Notes: a model not told the origin generated them from the letters alone. DNA of 64,000 nucleotides from Lysobacter sp. (GCA_008015835.1 SSGH01000008.1:69165-133164); one strand, 5' to 3'; numbered from the stretch's first letter, positions 38,571-48,828 are shown. Translations and numbers: made by a program.

Positions 38571-39344
38571 ATGCGCGACGACGCTTCCGCCATCGGCTCC
38601 GATCTCGATAATCCGTTTTGGTCTTCGTTGCGGACGCGCCATGCGGCGATCGCGTTGGGCGACGACGAAGTGCGGCGCTATCCCGCCGACTACGCGCCGT
38701 TTCTGGGCATCGCGCATGCGGGCGTCGCGCCGGAGGCCATCGCCGCGTGGCTCGCGCCCGACGAAACCGCGTATCTGATCGGCGTCGCGCCCGAGCGCAC
38801 CGAAGGCCTGACGCTGCGTGCGTTTCGGCCGCTGGCGCAGATGGTGCGCGAGACGCCGTTCGAATCGTCCTCAGAATCGCATTCCGATCAAAGCGATGTC
38901 GGCGGAGGCGATGCCCGTGGAAGCGATGCTCGTGGAAGCGATGTCGATGCCGACGACATCGCGCCGCTCGATGCGCGCCATCGCGACGACGTGCTCGCGC
39001 TGACCGCGTTGGTGTCTCCGCATTATTTTCGCGCGCGGACGATGGACATGGGCGCGTACTACGGCATTTATCGCGGCGGTCGGCTCGCGGCGATGATCGG
39101 CGAGCGCCTCGGTACGCACGACGCGACGGAAATGAGCGCGATCTGCACGCACCCCGATTTCAATGGCCGCGGCTATGCGCGCCGATTGACGGCGATGCTC
39201 GCCAATCGAACGCTGGCGGCCGGCCGCCTGCCGTTCCTCCACGTCAGCTACGAAAATGCGCGCGCGAAATCGCTGTACGAACGCATGGGCTTTCGACTTC
39301 GCGCCGATGTCGGGTTTTGGTCGCTGCGGTTGAAGAACGACTGA
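38571..39344 (+). CDS. GNAT family N-acetyltransferase (FR47-like)
   Basis: LDNPFWSSL, AMIGERL, EMSAICTHPDFNGRGYA, LYERMGF. Confidence 0.9.
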   Translation: MRDDASAIGSDLDNPFWSSLRTRHAAIALGDDEVRRYPADYAPFLGIAHAGVAPEAIAAWLAPDETAYLIGVAPERTEGLTLRAFRPLAQMVRETPFESSSESHSDQSDVGGGDARGSDARGSDVDADDIAPLDARHRDDVLALTALVSPHYFRARTMDMGAYYGIYRGGRLAAMIGERLGTHDATEMSAICTHPDFNGRGYARRLTAMLANRTLAAGRLPFLHVSYENARAKSLYERMGFRLRADVGFWSLRLKND

Positions 39345-39379
39345 AATCCCAGGACGCGTCGAATGCGATTCCCCTGATC

Positions 39380-39409
39380 GCGAGAGGCCCGCATTCGCGG
39401 GCCTCTCGC
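39380..39409. terminator. 13-bp perfect hairpin between convergent genes
   Basis: GCGAGAGGCCCGC-ATTC-GCGGGCCTCTCGC. Confidence 0.65.
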
Positions 39410-39432
39410 ATGTCGAGCGTTCGCGCATTCGC

Positions 39433-41895
39433 TCAGAAGGTGATGCTCCAACTGTCGATGTAGCCGGTGTCCTGCGTCGCGTTGTCGTTCACCCGCAATT
39501 TCCAGGTGCCGTTCAGCGCTTCGGTGGAGACGTTCACGGTGTACGTGCTGTTGATGTTGTCCGCGCTGCCGCCGGTGCGGTTATGCAGGACGTACACGCT
39601 GCCGTCCGGCGCGACCAGATCGACTTTCAAATCGCCGATGTAGGTATGGACGATGTTGACGGCGACCGGCGTGGCGCTCGGCGCGTTGCCGCTGCGGCCG
39701 GACACGACGATCGAACTTTCGACCGTGGCGTTGTCGGCGATCGCGACATCGACGGCGTTGGTGTAGGTCTGCGCGCTTCCGCCGCCTCCGCTCACCGTCA
39801 CCGCTTGCGCCTTGCTTGCGGTGAGCCCGCCGTTGTCGGTCACGGTCAACACCACGTTGTACGTGCCGGCGCTGGAGTACGTTTTGCTCGGATTCGCGGC
39901 CGTCGAGAGCGTGCCGTCGCCGAAACTCCAACTGCGCGAGGCGATGGTGCCGTCGCTGTCGGTGGAGGTATCGGTGAAATTCGCGGTCAAGCCGGTCGTG
40001 GCGACGGTGAAGTTCGCCGTCGGCGCGACGTTGCCGCCGCCGCCACCGCCGGTGATCGTGAGGATCGCGGCATTCGGCGTGCCCGGTTTGCCGGCGGCGT
40101 CGGTGCCTTGCACGTAGATCAAATGCCGGCCCGCGGCCAACCCGGTGGTGTTCAGCGTCGCGGTCGCGGTCTCGCGCGTGGCGTTGAAGCTGCCGTCGCT
40201 GGCGGTCATCGTCAGCCCGTTGGCGCCCACTTCCCATGGCGCCACGTCCACATAGACTTTCGCCGAAGCGATCGCCTGCGTCGTCTCGGTGCCGTTGGTT
40301 TGATTGAACTGGCTGTCGTCGAGAATGGCGCTGATCGTGACCGGCGTGCCGGCGGCGACCGAGGCGCTGGACGTCGAAACGCTCACCGTATTCGGGCCGG
40401 AGGGATAGCGATACGGCGCGGTCAGATTACGGGCGGCGTATTTCAGCGCGGCGAGGTTCTTCGGCAGCGTGCTGGAGGTGAAGGTCGAGCACGATTCGAA
40501 GAACGAGACGCCCAGCTCGATGGTATAGCTGGGCACGCCGAGCAGCCCGTACATCGTGTCGTCGGTGGTGCCGTCGGTGGCGTACAGCTCATCCGATTGT
40601 TGCGGACGGTAGCCGTTGAAGTACGCCATGCGCCGACCCAGCGTGCGCAGCGCGGGGCCGTTGGGCGCCTGCGCGGTGGTGTCGCCCCAGGACCACAGCA
40701 CGAGTTGCGAATAGCTGTGGATATCGAGGAACAGGCCTTGATAGTCGTCCGGCGCAGCGCTGGTGGCGGCATCGGCGCGGCGGTCGGGGAAGATGCCGCC
40801 GCTGTACGCGCCGCCCGCGCCGGGCGTGCCGGCGACCAAGCGCACCAGATTCTGGCTTTCGGGTTCCGACTGCGCGCTCGGGCCGCGATAGGTTTCGGCG
40901 CAGGCATTGCCGCTGGAACCCACGCCGCCGGTGATATTCCAGTGGAACGGGAAATTGCGATTCAGATCGATGCCGACGCTGTTCGCGCTGCAACTGCCGT
41001 TGGTGTTGTTGACGTTCTTGCGCCAGGACAGCCCGGTTTCGGCCTTTTTGCGGCCATCGGGATTGGCTTGCAGCACCAGATGGAAGGTGTAATGGTCCAT
41101 CAGCCACGTCGCTTCCGGATCGGTGCCGTAGCCGTTCACCAGCCACTCGGCGAAACGGGTGACCAATTCGGCCGGGGTGTATTCGCGCGCGTGGATCGAG
41201 CCGAACACCACCATCGGCGGTTTGTTCGGGCGCGATGCGTTGGTGGCGGAATTCGTCAGTCGCAGCACCCTCATGTCGTAACCGCCGGTGCCGCGCGATT
41301 TCAACCACGTCGGACCGATGTTGGTGACGCTGGCGAGCGTCGGTTTGCTGGCGACCAGTTGATCGATGGTGGCATAGGTCTCTTCGACCGTGCGATAGCA
41401 GGCATAGCCGGAAATGCTGCGGGTGCCGAAGCGTCCGCTGGCGATCGCCGCTTCGGCGTTGCGGATGGTATCGGTCGCGGCCTGATCGACGGTCACGCGA
41501 AATCCCGCGCGCTGCAGTTCCGCGATCTCCGCGGCGCTGGCCTCGGTGCGCGCCGTGCGCGCGTCGCGGTCGACGATCAAATGCTGGAAGCGCGACGCGA
41601 TGCGCTGCAATTCCGCACGATTGCGATAGGCGATCTCGACGAAGGACAACCGATCGTCCGTCGCCTCCTCACCCTGCGGCGTCGAGTCGGCGGCGATGGT
41701 CGGGCCGACGCAGCCGAGCGCGAGCGAGAATGCGAACATCGGTGCGAGAATCGAGCGCGCGCCGAGAGGCGCGGCCAGGCGGGCGGCGAGGCGCGACCAA
41801 CGAGAGGCGACGGCGTCGCGATCGGCGCGGCTGCCCTCTATGCGAGCCTTGAGGCGACCGTCGCGACGGCCGCCGTGCGGTGGAGAAACGAGCAT
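39433..41895 (-). CDS. Secreted M14 zinc carboxypeptidase with PKD and proprotein-convertase P domains
   Basis: HAREY, NRNF, DIHSYS, YTIELG; PKD SWSFGDG...YSSAGTY; P domain VHTYIGDL...NGTWKLRV; RBS AAGGAG. Confidence 0.92.
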   Translation of the reverse strand: MLVSPPHGGRRDGRLKARIEGSRADRDAVASRWSRLAARLAAPLGARSILAPMFAFSLALGCVGPTIAADSTPQGEEATDDRLSFVEIAYRNRAELQRIASRFQHLIVDRDARTARTEASAAEIAELQRAGFRVTVDQAATDTIRNAEAAIASGRFGTRSISGYACYRTVEETYATIDQLVASKPTLASVTNIGPTWLKSRGTGGYDMRVLRLTNSATNASRPNKPPMVVFGSIHAREYTPAELVTRFAEWLVNGYGTDPEATWLMDHYTFHLVLQANPDGRKKAETGLSWRKNVNNTNGSCSANSVGIDLNRNFPFHWNITGGVGSSGNACAETYRGPSAQSEPESQNLVRLVAGTPGAGGAYSGGIFPDRRADAATSAAPDDYQGLFLDIHSYSQLVLWSWGDTTAQAPNGPALRTLGRRMAYFNGYRPQQSDELYATDGTTDDTMYGLLGVPSYTIELGVSFFESCSTFTSSTLPKNLAALKYAARNLTAPYRYPSGPNTVSVSTSSASVAAGTPVTISAILDDSQFNQTNGTETTQAIASAKVYVDVAPWEVGANGLTMTASDGSFNATRETATATLNTTGLAAGRHLIYVQGTDAAGKPGTPNAAILTITGGGGGGNVAPTANFTVATTGLTANFTDTSTDSDGTIASRSWSFGDGTLSTAANPSKTYSSAGTYNVVLTVTDNGGLTASKAQAVTVSGGGGSAQTYTNAVDVAIADNATVESSIVVSGRSGNAPSATPVAVNIVHTYIGDLKVDLVAPDGSVYVLHNRTGGSADNINSTYTVNVSTEALNGTWKLRVNDNATQDTGYIDSWSITF

Positions 41896-42043
41896 ACGAA
41901 CTCCTTGCTTGGATGCGGTCGACTCGACGTCGGCCGGGAACGCCGCTTGCGTGCGGCGCGGGTGCAGCCCCCTGCGCGTTCGAATCTATCCCAGAATTCG
42001 GGCCGAAAATGTGGACGGGCGAGCGGTTCGGTTTCGCGCGCGC

Positions 42044-42075
42044 AAAAAAAGACGCCGCGTCGGCGACGCGGCGTC
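42044..42075 (-). terminator. Rho-independent terminator downstream of the OMP gene
   Basis: GACGCCGCGTC / GACGCGGCGTC stem with an A7 tract, which is U7 on the minus strand. Confidence 0.8.
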
Positions 42076-42133
42076 CGGTGTCTCCCGTCGGCCGACCGAG
42101 CGGTCGACCGACGGAGCGGATCGGCTAGGACAA

Positions 42134-42892
42134 TCAGAAGCGGTAATCGACGCCGATGCGGAAGGTGTCGAAATCCAGATCCTGATTGAAGGTTTCGGTG
42201 TACGCCGGCGTGACAAAGGCGCTGCCCGGGCGATAGACCGAGGCGTAATCCACGTCGCCCACGTCGGTGCGCAGGTATTCGGCGCGCAGCGACCACTGGT
42301 TGCCGAAATCGAAGGCGTAACCGACGCCCCACTGGATGCCGTCCTGGGTGTCGTTCTTCGAACCGATCTTCGAGTAGTTGCCGTTGCTCAGCACTTCCGC
42401 GGTGAACTCGGCGTCGACCTGGGTCCAGCCGGCGGTGGCGTAGATCTGATGACGGTCGATCGCATAGCCGAGCTTGGCGCGCACGGTCGCCTGATCGTTG
42501 ACTTCCACCGAGTTGCCGAAGTTGTAGCTCAGCGACGGGAACGGAACGGTCGGCACCGGGCCGGTGCTGCGCGAATCGTCGGCATTGAGTTTGCTGTATT
42601 CGACTTCCGCGCCGAGGATCAGATTGCTTTCGAACTGGTGGTCGTAGCCGAACTGGATGCCGTAGGCGCTGCCGCTCGGGCTAGCGTCGTCGGACCAATT
42701 GCCGACGACGTGATCGCGCAGGGCCTGGGACTCGCTCGTCCATGCGCCGCCGAGGGCGACATCGGTCTGGGAATCGCCGCTGGCGTGACCGGCGTTGACG
42801 CCGATATGCCAACCCGACCAATCGCCGTCGGCGGCGAATGCGGCAGTGCTGAAGAGCGAGCCGGCGATGAGAAGGCTGAGACGCTTGAACAT
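42134..42892 (-). CDS. Outer-membrane beta-barrel protein (Omp25/RopB-like)
   Basis: Signal peptide; DWSGWHIGVNAG, WSLRAEYL, C-terminal GVDYRF. Confidence 0.88.
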   Translation of the reverse strand: MFKRLSLLIAGSLFSTAAFAADGDWSGWHIGVNAGHASGDSQTDVALGGAWTSESQALRDHVVGNWSDDASPSGSAYGIQFGYDHQFESNLILGAEVEYSKLNADDSRSTGPVPTVPFPSLSYNFGNSVEVNDQATVRAKLGYAIDRHQIYATAGWTQVDAEFTAEVLSNGNYSKIGSKNDTQDGIQWGVGYAFDFGNQWSLRAEYLRTDVGDVDYASVYRPGSAFVTPAYTETFNQDLDFDTFRIGVDYRF

Positions 42893-43241
42893 GGAGAGAT
42901 CCTTACGGTGAGTTGCGAGAGTGCGCCGGATGCGATGGACTCCGGCTTGATCGACAGTTACGCGAACGGGACGAAAGGGCGGCCAAGCCCCCCGCGAGCG
43001 TCGTTCACGCTCGACGCCCCGCTCGAGCCGGACGATGCGACGCCGAACGTAAGGCGAGGCCCGAACAGGACATCGAGATCGGACGATGCCGGTCGTCGTC
43101 GTCCCGGCGTTCGGCGAAAATCGGAAGCGGGGTCACGTTCCGACCCCGTCCGGCTCGCGGAAGTCCCGCGCGCCGAAGTAAGGTAGGCGCCGCGCCGTTC
43201 GCCCCGAGGCGGGCGGTGCGCATGCCGCAGGGGGTCGTGAC

Positions 43242-45158
43242 GTGTCCACTATCGAGTCGGAGTCCTCGCGCGAGTTGATCGCATGCGAATGCCGTCAATT
43301 GGTGTTGAGTCAAGGCATCGCGGGCGCGCTGGCCACGTTCGCGGTCTCTACGCTGTTCCTGCTGGCGATGCGCACGGTGCATTCCCGCGAGCGTCTCGCG
43401 ATCTGGGCGGTCGCGGTGCTTTCGATTTCGCTGCTGCGGGTCGCGCTGGCGCTGTGGACCAAGCGCCGCGCGCCGGTCGTCGGCCGTCTGCCGAATACGC
43501 GCGCGGTGTGCTTGATCGTCGGCGCGCTGGCCGGCGGCGTTTGGGGCGCGGCCGCCACATGGCTGTTCCCGGTCGGCCACAGCGAGTTGTACTTCGTCGC
43601 CGCGTTCCTGTTGATCGGCATGCCGGCCGGCGCCATCAGCAGCTTCGGCGCGTGGTGGCCCGCGTACGCCGCGTATGTGGTCGCCAGCGTCGGCCCGTTC
43701 GCGGCGTATTTTCTGATCGCCGGCGGCGCGGAGTTCGCGGTCGCGGGCTGGGCGGCCTGTCTGTTCGGTATGTTCTTGGTGCGCGAAGGCTATGTGATGG
43801 GTCGGACCATCCAGCGCAATCTCGCGCAGCGCATCGCCTTGCTCGACATGACCCGCAGCTTGGGCGAGGCGCTGGATCGCGCGGACGACGCCAATCGCGC
43901 GAAATCCACGTTCCTGGCGAACATGAGCCACGAATTGCGCACGCCGCTGAACGCCATCATCGGCATGAGCCAACTGCTGGCCGAGGCGCCGGACGCGCCC
44001 GAACACAAGCGCCTTCCCGACACCATCCGCCGCGCCGGCAACGCGCTGCTCGCGCTGATCAGCGACGTGCTCGATTTGTCGCAGATCGAAGCGGGCAAAT
44101 TCGCGCTGCGCCCGGTGCCGTTCGCGCCGATGCGGTTGATCGACGAGGTGATGGATATGTTCGAGCCGGAGGCGGCCGGAAAATCGCTGACCTTGACCGC
44201 GTACCGCGCGCCCGACGCGCCGGAACGCGTTCTCGCCGATCGCGCGCGTTTGCGGCAGGTGTTGGTGAATTTGGTCGGCAACGCCCTGAAATTCACCGAT
44301 GCGGGCGAGGTGCGCATCGAATGGCGCGGCGGGGCCGACGCGAACGACGCGCCGATGCTGGCGATCGATGTCGTCGATACCGGGCCCGGTGTGCCCGAGG
44401 CGGATCGCGAGCGTATCTTCAGCGCGTTCCTGCAGATCGACGCGTCCAGCGCGCGCGCGCATCCCGGGACCGGCCTGGGTCTGAAGATCTCGCGCGACCT
44501 GGTGCGGTTGATGGGCGGCTCCATCGACGTGGTCGGCGAACCGCAGGGCGGCAGTCGTTTCCGCGTTCGCATCCCGTACGCTGTCGTGAACGAGACGATC
44601 GAGGCGGGCATCGCGACGACTGCGAATTCGAACCCGAAATTGAACTCGAACGTCGAATCGCACGCGTCCTCCGATGCGGAATCGAATTCGCGGGCGGCAG
44701 CGGCCTCGCGCAGGGATCGCATCGATGCTCGCGTGCTGGTGGTGGAGGACAATCGGCTCAACGCCTCCCTGGTGAAGCTGATGCTGGAGCGGCAGGGCTG
44801 CGAGGTGTCCTGTATCGCCGACGGCGCCGCCGCGCTACTCTCGATGCGCAATACCGAATGGGATATCGTCTTGATGGATTGTCAGATGCCGCAATTGGAT
44901 GGTTACGACACCACGCGACGCTGGCGCGACATCGAGCGCGCCGACGGCCGCGCCCGCGTGCCGATCGTGGCGCTCACCGCCAACGCGATGGCCGAAGATC
45001 GCCAGAAATGCTTGGATGCGGGCATGGACGACTACCTGACCAAGCCGGTCGTGCTGGACGATCTGCGCGCGATGCTGATCCGTCGCGCGCGCCGCCGCGC
45101 CGAGACGGACTCCGACGCCGAGGCGCTTCGTCGAACGCGCGAAGAGGCGCATCCGTGA
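43242..45158 (+). CDS. Hybrid sensor histidine kinase/response regulator
   Basis: About 5 TM segments; FLANMSHELRTPLNAI, NLVGNALKFT, GTGLGL; receiver VLVVEDN...LMDCQMP...TKP. Confidence 0.92.
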   Translation: MSTIESESSRELIACECRQLVLSQGIAGALATFAVSTLFLLAMRTVHSRERLAIWAVAVLSISLLRVALALWTKRRAPVVGRLPNTRAVCLIVGALAGGVWGAAATWLFPVGHSELYFVAAFLLIGMPAGAISSFGAWWPAYAAYVVASVGPFAAYFLIAGGAEFAVAGWAACLFGMFLVREGYVMGRTIQRNLAQRIALLDMTRSLGEALDRADDANRAKSTFLANMSHELRTPLNAIIGMSQLLAEAPDAPEHKRLPDTIRRAGNALLALISDVLDLSQIEAGKFALRPVPFAPMRLIDEVMDMFEPEAAGKSLTLTAYRAPDAPERVLADRARLRQVLVNLVGNALKFTDAGEVRIEWRGGADANDAPMLAIDVVDTGPGVPEADRERIFSAFLQIDASSARAHPGTGLGLKISRDLVRLMGGSIDVVGEPQGGSRFRVRIPYAVVNETIEAGIATTANSNPKLNSNVESHASSDAESNSRAAAASRRDRIDARVLVVEDNRLNASLVKLMLERQGCEVSCIADGAAALLSMRNTEWDIVLMDCQMPQLDGYDTTRRWRDIERADGRARVPIVALTANAMAEDRQKCLDAGMDDYLTKPVVLDDLRAMLIRRARRRAETDSDAEALRRTREEAHP

Positions 45159-46288
45159 TGCGCGCAGGCCGACGCGCTGTCGTTCGCACGGCGATGGCGA
45201 TGTTCGCGCTGACGGGGCTCTGCGCGGCGTTCGGCGCGTCCGTCGCCGCATCGTCGCCGCGCGGAAGCGACGAGCGTCTCGCGCTGTATCCCACCACCGC
45301 GCGGACGCTGCCCGATGGCCGTCTCGCGCTGCGGATCGACGCTTGGGTGTACGAGCGCGAGAGGCGTCCCGGCGCGCGCACGCTGTTGGCGCGCTATCTC
45401 AAACTCGATCGCGAGGCCTTGACCGAATCCCAGCGCGCGCGGTTCGACGCGACGACGCAATGGTTCCGCGCCGATTCCGAACGCGGCAAGACGGTGCGCA
45501 TCGTCGATGCGCACGGCAGCGGTTATACGCTGCCGAAAACCGACGCGCACGGCCGCAGCGGCGCCGAACTGACCTTGCCGCTCGCGGCCGCCGACGATGC
45601 GATGTGGGTGACGGTGCGCGGCGCGCTGCTCGCGAAGGATCGGAGCGAGCGCGGAACGCCGATCGTCGGCCGCGCGCTGCGGGTGCCGCCGACCGGAATC
45701 TCGTTGGTCACCGACATCGACGACACGATCAAGGATTCGCGCGTGTTGGATCGGCGCGAGCTGCTGCTCAACACGTTCGTCCGCCCGTTCGCCGCGGTGA
45801 GCGGCATGGCCGCGCGCTATCGCGAATTCGCGGCGGCGAACCCCGATCTGCGCGTGCATTACGTCTCCGGCAGCCCGCATCAACTGCATGCGCCGCTCTC
45901 GGAGTTCCTGCAAGTCGAGCGCTTTCCGGGCGGCAGCCTGCATCTGCGCGACATCGACATCGCCCGCGAGATTTTCGGCGAGAAAAACGCGGAAGCCGGC
46001 GGCACCCGCGGCCACAAGCTCAAGACCATTCGGCGATTGATGGCGGATTTTCCAGCGCGTCGCTTCGTGCTGATCGGCGATTCGGGCGAACAGGATCCGG
46101 AAATCTACGCCGCCTTGGCGCGCGAATACCCGGACCGCGTGCTCGCGATTTGGATTCGCGACGTCACCGGACAGCCGCGCGCCCACGCGCGCTACGGCAA
46201 AGCCTTCGCGGGCGTCGATCCCGCGCGTTGGCGTCTGTTCGTCGATAGCGCTGAACTCGCGCTGCCGGACGCGTTCGCGAGCCGGTGA
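45158..46288 (+). CDS. App1-family phosphatidate phosphatase
   Basis: Signal peptide; TDIDDTIK (DxDxT), YVSGSP, LIGDSGEQDPEIY; TGATG overlap. Confidence 0.85.
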   Translation: MRAGRRAVVRTAMAMFALTGLCAAFGASVAASSPRGSDERLALYPTTARTLPDGRLALRIDAWVYERERRPGARTLLARYLKLDREALTESQRARFDATTQWFRADSERGKTVRIVDAHGSGYTLPKTDAHGRSGAELTLPLAAADDAMWVTVRGALLAKDRSERGTPIVGRALRVPPTGISLVTDIDDTIKDSRVLDRRELLLNTFVRPFAAVSGMAARYREFAAANPDLRVHYVSGSPHQLHAPLSEFLQVERFPGGSLHLRDIDIAREIFGEKNAEAGGTRGHKLKTIRRLMADFPARRFVLIGDSGEQDPEIYAALAREYPDRVLAIWIRDVTGQPRAHARYGKAFAGVDPARWRLFVDSAELALPDAFASR

Positions 46289-46290
46289 CT

Positions 46291-46321
46291 CGCGGAGGCG
46301 TCGCGGCGCGACGCCTCCGCG
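46291..46321. terminator. 14-bp hairpin between convergent genes
   Basis: CGCGGAGGCGTCGC-GGC-GCGACGCCTCCGCG. Confidence 0.65.
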
Positions 46322-46397
46322 CATGACCGCATATCCGATCGGACAGCGCGCATCGACAGGCCGGCATCGACAGGCACGCATCGTTCTCGAGACGTGC

Positions 46398-46976
46398 TTA
46401 CTTCGCCGCGTACGATGCACTACCGTCGAAATCGGCGAGATCGATCTCGCCGGCCAGCACCAGTTTGATGTCGTCCGACGATAGCAGCGTCTTCAACTGC
46501 GCCGCATGCGGCTTCAATTGTTCGTGCGCGACGCACAGCGACCAGATTTGCGCGATCAGCGTATCGAAGCCGACTTTCGGGTCGTATCGAACGGCGCCGC
46601 TCTGCGCGATGATCTGCAGCAGGCTGCGCGCGGTTTCGCGCGCCTGCCGCAGCTTCGACGCGGCGGGCTCCAGCGCGGACTGCACCGCGCTTTGCGCGTC
46701 GTAGACGAGGCCGATCGCGGCCGCTTCTTGTCGCTTGCGCGCGCCGCTGCGGACGCCGTCGTCGTAAGTCGGCGACAGAATGCGCGCTTTATAGCCCGCG
46801 AGCCGCGCCGCTTCGGCCATTCTGTTCGCGGACATCAGCGCTTCCGCCGAATCGATCCAGCGCAGGAACTCGCTCAGCGCCTGCGGCGATTTCCGCTCGA
46901 AGCCGCGCACGATCTCGGGAAGCTTCAGCAGCAAGTCCGTGGTCTGCTGCACCCAGGGCAATATCGAGGATCGCAT
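46398..46976 (-). CDS. Hypothetical all-helical protein, third gene of the DUF2589-like cluster
   Basis: 192 aa; GGAG RBS; starts 6 nt after the upstream stop. Confidence 0.8.
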   Translation of the reverse strand: MRSSILPWVQQTTDLLLKLPEIVRGFERKSPQALSEFLRWIDSAEALMSANRMAEAARLAGYKARILSPTYDDGVRSGARKRQEAAAIGLVYDAQSAVQSALEPAASKLRQARETARSLLQIIAQSGAVRYDPKVGFDTLIAQIWSLCVAHEQLKPHAAQLKTLLSSDDIKLVLAGEIDLADFDGSASYAAK

Positions 46977-46982
46977 GGCGGC

Positions 46983-47687
46983 TCACTCCGGCAGCAGGCG
47001 ACGTTCGACGCTGCCGTCGCTGCGTTCGATCGTCTGCCATTCCATGCCGTCTTCGCCGACTTTCAGGCGGATTCGGATCATGTCTTCGGGGCGCACATCG
47101 CGCAGTCGAGCGGTTTCGGCGATCACCGCCAGTTCGTCGACCACCTGCTTCTCGACCACGCCCTGCACGGTGGACAGCGCGTATTTCTGCAGCGCCCCGG
47201 CGATTTCGTCCGGGCGATTCCCGATCGCGATGCTGCCGTCGAATAGCCCGTACGTCTCGCCGATGCGAACGAAATCCTCGGCGATGGCTTTGCTGAAGAT
47301 CCAGATCGCCTCGTCCAAGGCGTAAGCGCGAATGTGCTCGCACAGCGTGGGCACGCGCTGCGTCAATGCGCCCTGCAGTTCGCGCGCGGCGCCGAGCGGC
47401 AGCGCGGCCGCGCCGGACACGCGCAGAACGAGTTGATACGCGTCGGTTTTGAAGCGGTCGTTGCCGTTCGGCGCGAGCTGCAGTTCGGTGCGCGAGCCGA
47501 CGCCTTCCAAACCGACCGGAATCGTCAGTTCGATGTCGCCGATGCGCATCCGCGGCACTGAAAAATGGCGCAGCAGATCGTGCTGCGCGTATTGCTCGGC
47601 GACTCGCACCGACTGCAGATCGGCCATGACTCGCGCCTGCGTGATGCTGTTGAAGATGCCGCCGATGTATTCGATGAGAGTGGGCAT
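46983..47687 (-). CDS. Hypothetical protein, divergent DUF2589-like paralog
   Basis: EYIGGIF...QAR and VPRMRIGDIELTI resemble VYIGGPL...QAQ and LPALRIEDMTIDF of the neighbouring gene. Confidence 0.75.
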   Translation of the reverse strand: MPTLIEYIGGIFNSITQARVMADLQSVRVAEQYAQHDLLRHFSVPRMRIGDIELTIPVGLEGVGSRTELQLAPNGNDRFKTDAYQLVLRVSGAAALPLGAARELQGALTQRVPTLCEHIRAYALDEAIWIFSKAIAEDFVRIGETYGLFDGSIAIGNRPDEIAGALQKYALSTVQGVVEKQVVDELAVIAETARLRDVRPEDMIRIRLKVGEDGMEWQTIERSDGSVERRLLPE

Positions 47688-47866
47688 GTCGTGATCCTGT
47701 CGTGGTGGCAACGGAACGCGTTGCGGTCGATGAAAACGCCGGACGCGCCCGTCCTGGACGCGTCCGGCGGCCGCGAGCCCGGCATCGCCGAACTCGCGTA
47801 CGCAACGCCGAACGCGCGTTCCTTAACGCGCTCGGCGGTCGCGGCCGTCCGTGGCCGCGTCGCGCA

Positions 47867-48448
47867 TCAGCCGCTGACGATGCTGTCTTCCAGCATGGTC
47901 AGGATGCGATCCAGACCGGCCGGAATGTCGTCGTTGACGGCATGGACCCGAACGCCGAGGTTGTACGTCTTCTCGGTGCTGGTGCCGCTGCTCGCGGTCC
48001 GCTTGTACGAGGCCGAGGCCTTGAAGTTGACGATCTTGTAATTGATCCCCAACTCGGCGCTGGCCGCGAACTCGCTGGAGACGTTCGAGGTTTCGGTCGA
48101 GGTGAGCTTCGCGTTGAAGTCGATGGTCATGTCTTCGATGCGCAGCGCCGGCAGCGTCAGCATCGTCAAGAACGGGACTTTGATGGTCACGGTCTGTTCG
48201 ATGAACTGCAGGTTGCCCGGACCCGGCGGCGAGGCGTTGTCGAAATCCGGATTGGGCACCGATTTCTTGTATTCGAAATCGACGTAACGCAGCTTCTCTT
48301 CGCCGCCGACGGTTTCGAAGCCCACTTCCTTGATGAAGCTCACTTGCGCCATCGACGCGGCGTTCTGCGCCTGCACGGCGGCCTGCAGCGGCCCGCCGAT
48401 GTACACGCTGAAGTCGAGGCTGTTCAGTTCTTGAACGAGGTTCGGCAT
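47867..48448 (-). CDS. DUF2589 family protein
   Basis: IGGPLQAAVQAQ, VPFLTMLTLPALRIEDMTIDF, Ser/Thr-rich segment, P.GL.RIL..L; strong AAGGAG RBS. Confidence 0.8.
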   Translation of the reverse strand: MPNLVQELNSLDFSVYIGGPLQAAVQAQNAASMAQVSFIKEVGFETVGGEEKLRYVDFEYKKSVPNPDFDNASPPGPGNLQFIEQTVTIKVPFLTMLTLPALRIEDMTIDFNAKLTSTETSNVSSEFAASAELGINYKIVNFKASASYKRTASSGTSTEKTYNLGVRVHAVNDDIPAGLDRILTMLEDSIVSG

Positions 48449-48828
48449 CTGTATCGCTCCTTGTCGTTTCGCCTACTCTGTTGCGGCTTTTCGGCATCCG
48501 CCGGCCGCGCGCTGCGCCGCGTGCGATGCCGTCGTCGTCGCGCCCGAAGGCGCGGCGAACGACGAACGTCGGCACGAGTCCCCCTGCGAGCGGCGATGGG
48601 AATCGCCCCTCCGGCGTCGACGATGGGATCCGCTCGGCACGCGTTCGAGCGGTCGTGGAAGTCGCGTCTTGCTTGCGTAGGAACGATTATCCGCAGCGCG
48701 ATCTCAGCCGACGCGATCTTCGGCGCGGCGTTTTTTTATTCAGCGGATGTTGTTTTCTATCGAGAAAAACGAGACTTTTTAAGTCGCTTCTCGCGAGACG
48801 GCCGCTTGCGCGGAAGATCGATCGGCGT

